From Felis catus (taxonomy: Eukaryota), in the NCBI RefSeq assembly GCF_018350175.1, contig NC_058376.1:1922001-1986000 (forward strand): a DNA stretch of 64,000 nucleotides, read 5' to 3'. Under the pieces are notes generated by a model. It searched no databases. It was not told the origin of the DNA and saw only the letters and a program-made list of their open reading frames with translations. Made by a program: the position numbers and the translations under genes. Each line of letters begins with the position of its first letter. Position 1 is the first letter of the stretch. Of the stretch, positions 60,240 to 64,000 are shown in pieces.

Positions 60240-61160
60240 TCAGCAGCAGGACTGGCCTGAGGTGGGGCCGCAGCAGGCAGGGCGGGGGCACGCGGGGCGG
60301 CAGAGCAGGGACACGCAGGAGGCCGGGCGACAGCAGGAAGAGGCAGGGGCACAGCAGGCGGGCCTGCACACGGGGCGGCAGAGCAGGGACACGCAGGAGG
60401 AGGGTCTGCAGCAGGGGCTGGGCTGGCAGCAGGAGGGGGCTGAGCAGGGGGAGTCCTCGTAGCAGACAGGGGTGCAGCACACGGGCTTGCAACAGACAGG
60501 GGTGCAGCAGACAGGCTTGCAGCACACAGGGGTGCAGCAGATGGGCTTGCAGCAGACAGGGGTGCAGCAGGCGGGCCTGCACACGGGGCGGCAGAGCAAG
60601 GACACGCAGGAGGAGGGTCTGCAGCAGGGGCTGGGCTGGCAGCAGGAGGGGGCTGAGCAGGGGGAGTCCTCGCAGCACACAGGGGTGCAGCAGATAGGCT
60701 TGCAGCACACAGGGGTGCAGCAGGCGGGCCTGCACACGGGGCGGCAGAGCAGGGACACGCAGGAGGAGGGTCTGCAGCAGGGGCTGGGCTGGCAGCAGGA
60801 GGGGCCTGAGCAGGGGGAGTCCTCGCAGCACACAGAGGTGCAGCAGACGGGCTTGCAGCAGACAGGGGTGCAGCAGACGGGCTTGCAGCACACAGGGGTG
60901 CAGCAGACGGGCTTACAGCACGCTGGGGTGCAGCAGTCTCCCTGGCAGGGGGAGGAGGGGCCGCACAGGAGGGTCAGGCAGGGGGCCAGGGCGCAGCACG
61001 GGGGCTCGCAGCAGCTCTCCTGGCAACTGTCCACCTGCCAGGAGGATCCAGTGCAAGCACTGGGTGAGCAGACGCGGCTGCCACGGCTCAGGTCGCTGGA
61101 GCAGACAGACAGGGTGGACGCGGCAATAACACAAGTCCTAGAGCAGCAGGGGTCAGCCAT
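60240..61160 (-). CDS. KRTAP10-8: Keratin-associated protein 10-8-like, 306 aa
   Basis: ATG at 61160 gives [53 protein letters not shown], matching from memory the distinctive extended N-terminus of human KRTAP10-8 (MADACCTRTYVIAASTMSVCSSD...). TATAAAA at 61241-61247, AATAAA at 59922-59927. The family call is firm; the exact orthology is less so. Confidence 0.9.
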   Translation of the reverse strand: MADPCCSRTCVIAASTLSVCSSDLSRGSRVCSPSACTGSSWQVDSCQESCCEPPCCALAPCLTLLCGPSSPCQGDCCTPACCKPVCCTPVCCKPVCCTPVCCKPVCCTSVCCEDSPCSGPSCCQPSPCCRPSSCVSLLCRPVCRPACCTPVCCKPICCTPVCCEDSPCSAPSCCQPSPCCRPSSCVSLLCRPVCRPACCTPVCCKPICCTPVCCKPVCCTPVCCKPVCCTPVCYEDSPCSAPSCCQPSPCCRPSSCVSLLCRPVCRPACCAPASSCCRPASCVSLLCRPACPRPACCGPTSGQSCC

Positions 61161-61240
61161 GCTGGAGTTTTGTGCTGGGAGCCGAGCTGGACGGGGGTGT
61201 GTGTGGCAGGTGCGAGGGCGAGGTGCTCCGGGCCAAGGGC

Positions 61241-61305
61241 TTTTATATCCCTCCCTGGGGTGCTGTGCGTCGCCAGAGTCTCCACCGGACTTCCTTTTCC
61301 TTGTT
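61241..61305 (-). promoter_or_regulatory. KRTAP10-8-like proximal promoter
   Basis: TATAAAA 61241-61247; TTCCTTGTT 61297-61305. Confidence 0.6.
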
Positions 61306-61744
61306 ATTGCCGGCGTGTCTGCTGACGATGCTGATTGGTTTACCTCCTGCGAGATGTTTGCGGCACCATCTCCAAGACCCTGCGTGTGTCTGGTGGTGGC
61401 TGGTGGCTGGTGTCCAGAAAGCAAAGCCTGGGATGCAGAGTTTCCGTTGGCTGAGAGGCCGGTGGTTGGGTGTGTCCACTCCATTTTCGCCTGTGTGCCT
61501 TTGGTGTGAATTCCGGTCTCTGCAGGTGCTCCACACGTGGCCCGGACCCTCCTCGCTGAACGAGGCTGTGTTGGCCGGAGGGGTGTCCCCTTGCCGGCTC
61601 CACCTGCAGACTCTGGCAGGTGCGCCCAGCCCTGCGGAGTGCGTGTGACTCCCGTGGTCCGTTCCAGACCCTGTTCTTAATTCCCTACTTATCTCACAGC
61701 TGCCAAACCATGTGCGTTATTCTGTTCTCTCCCGAGTTTGCAGT

Positions 61745-64000
61745 TTCATTATTTTCTTTTAATTTTTGACTTTTTTCCAGTTTTTATGTTTATCACCTGG
61801 TGCTCATCCCAAGTGCCCTCCTTGATCCCCATCACCTGTTTCCCCCATCTGCCCACCCACCTCCCCTCTGGTGACCGTCAGTTCTCTGTAGTTAAGAGTC
61901 TGTTTCTTGGTTTGCCTCTCTCTCTTTTTTCCCCTTTACTCGTTTGTTTTAGTTTTTAAATTCCGCATGTGAGTAAAGCCGTATGGTATTTGTCTTTGAC
62001 TAATTTTACTTAGCATAATACTCTCTAGTTCCCTCCATGTCTTTATAAGATTTCAGTCTTTTCAAAGGCTGAGTAATATTCCGTTATATGCATATATCTA
62101 TCTATCTCTGTATCTACACATACACACACACACACACACCCCTTCTTGATCAGTCGATGGACGTTTGGGCTCTTTCCAAAATTTGCTGTTTTAAGTAATG
62201 CTGCTATAAACATTGGGGTGCACATATCCCTTTGAATTAGTATTTTTATATCCTTTGGGTAAGTATCTAACAATGCAACAGCTGGATCGTAGGGTAGTTC
62301 TATTTTTAACTTTTTGAGGAACCTCCACACTGTTTTTCAGAGTGGCTACACCAGTTTGCATTGCCACCAACAATGCAAAAGAGATCCTCTTCCTCCGCAT
62401 CCTCACCAACATCTGTTGTTGCCTGAGTTGTTAATGTGAGCCATTCTGACAGGTATAAGGTGGTATCTCATTGTGGTTTTGATTTGCATTTCCCTGATGA
62501 TGAGTGATGTGAGCATTTTTTCATCTGTCGGTTGGCCATCTGGATGTCTTCTTTGGAGAAGTGTCTGTTCATGTCTTTTGCCCATTTCTTCACTGGATTA
62601 TTTTTTGGGGTGTTGAGTTTGAGAAGTTCTTTACAGATTTTGGATACTAACCCTTTATCAGATATATGATTTGCAAATACCTTCTCCTATTCTGTAGGTT
62701 GCCTTTTAGTTTTGTTGGTTGTTTCCTTCTCTCTGAAGAAGCTTTTTATTTTGATATAGTCCCAGGAGTTAGTTTATTTTTGCTTTTGTTTCCCCTGCCT
62801 TGGGGAATAAATATAGAAAAATGTTGTTATGGTGGATGTAAGAGCAATCACTGCCTGTGTTCTCTTCCAGGATTTTTATGGTTTCAGGTCTCATATTTAG
62901 GTCTTTATTTTGAGTTAATTTTTGTGCATGGTGTAAGAAAGTGGTCTGGTTTCATTCTTTTGCACATTGTCGTCCGATTTTCCCAACACCATTTGTTGAA
63001 GAGACTGTCTTTTTCCCTTTGGATGTCCTCCCTTGTTTTGTCGAAGATTAATTAACCATATAACTCTAGGTTTATTTCTGGAATTTTCTATTCTGTCCTA
63101 TTGATCTATTTGTCTATTTTTGTGCCAGTACCATACTCTCTTGATGACTACAGCTTTGTAATATAACTTGAACTCTAGAATTATTATGCCTCCAGCTTCG
63201 CTTTGCTTTTTCAAGGTTGCTTTGGCTATTCAGGGTCTTTTGTGGTTCCATACAAATTTTAGGACTGTTTGTTCTAGTTCTGTGAAAAATGCTGTTGGTA
63301 TTCTGATAAGGATTTCATTACATGTGTAGATTGTTTTGGGTAGTATAGACACTTTAACAATATTTGGTTTTTCAATCCATGAGCATGGAATCTCTTTCCA
63401 TTTCTTTGTGTTCTTTTCAGTTCCTTTCACCAGTGTTCTGTAGTTTTGAGAGTGCAGATATTTACCTCTTTGGTTAGGTTTATTCTTAGGTATCTTATTA
63501 TTTTTGGTTCAATTGTAAATGGGATTTTTTTCTTAATTTCTCTGTTGACTTCTTCATTATCGGTGTGTAGAAATGCAACAGATTTCTGTATTGGTTTTGT
63601 ATCCTGTGACTTTACTGAATTTATTTATCAGGTCTAGCAGTTTTTTGGTAGAGTGTTTCGGGTTTCTTATCTATAGTATCATGTCATCTGCAAACGGTGG
63701 AAGTTTGACTTTCTTCTTACTCACTTGGATGCCTTTGTTGTTGCTGTCTGTTGCTAAGACTTCTAGTACTATGTTGAATACAGTGGTGAGAGTGGACATC
63801 CCTGTCTTGTTTCAGACCTTAGGGGAAAGGCTGTCAGGATGATGTTAGCTGTGAGGTTTTTATATATTGCCTTTGTTTTATTGAGGTATGTTTCCTCTAA
63901 ATCTACTCTGTTGAAGTTTTTTATCATGAATAGATGTTGTACTTTGTCAAATGTTTTTTCTGCATCTATTGAAATGATCATATGGTTCTTATCCTTTTAT
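61745..64000 (-). mobile_element. Carnivore L1 (3'UTR and ORF2), continues past the window end
   Basis: ORF2 fragments [39 protein letters not shown]. Confidence 0.95.

Larger units (their letters stand above)
1..64000 (+). other. Probable intron of host gene TSPEAR
   Basis: Inference only: the KRTAP10/12 cluster is intronic to TSPEAR in human, and the gene order here resembles the recalled human order in reverse. No exon was recognised. Confidence 0.6.

Overview
Mammalian genomic DNA, GC-rich, from a cat-family carnivore: it carries about 18 tRNA-derived Can-SINE/SINEC_Fc-type SINEs and carnivore-type L1s, plus six N gaps. The window is part of the KRTAP10/KRTAP12 hair keratin-associated protein cluster, which from my recall of the human locus is nested in introns of TSPEAR; no TSPEAR exon was recognised here. 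It holds five intact single-exon KRTAP10 genes (all minus strand, one with a KRTAP10-8-type N-terminus), three intact KRTAP12 genes (+, -, +) and two KRTAP12 relics. Each intact gene has a TATA box and an AATAAA. The rest is L1, SINE, LTR, MER58 and MIR sequence, two minisatellites and RY tracts. I see no wholly new biological system. The best leads are patchwise gene conversion among paralogues (including a 102-bp perfect patch in a KRTAP12 relic), a mirror-symmetric KRTAP12 quartet, a position-conserved promoter module, a 1.3-kb inversion inside an old L1, and a near-abutting inverted SINE pair.
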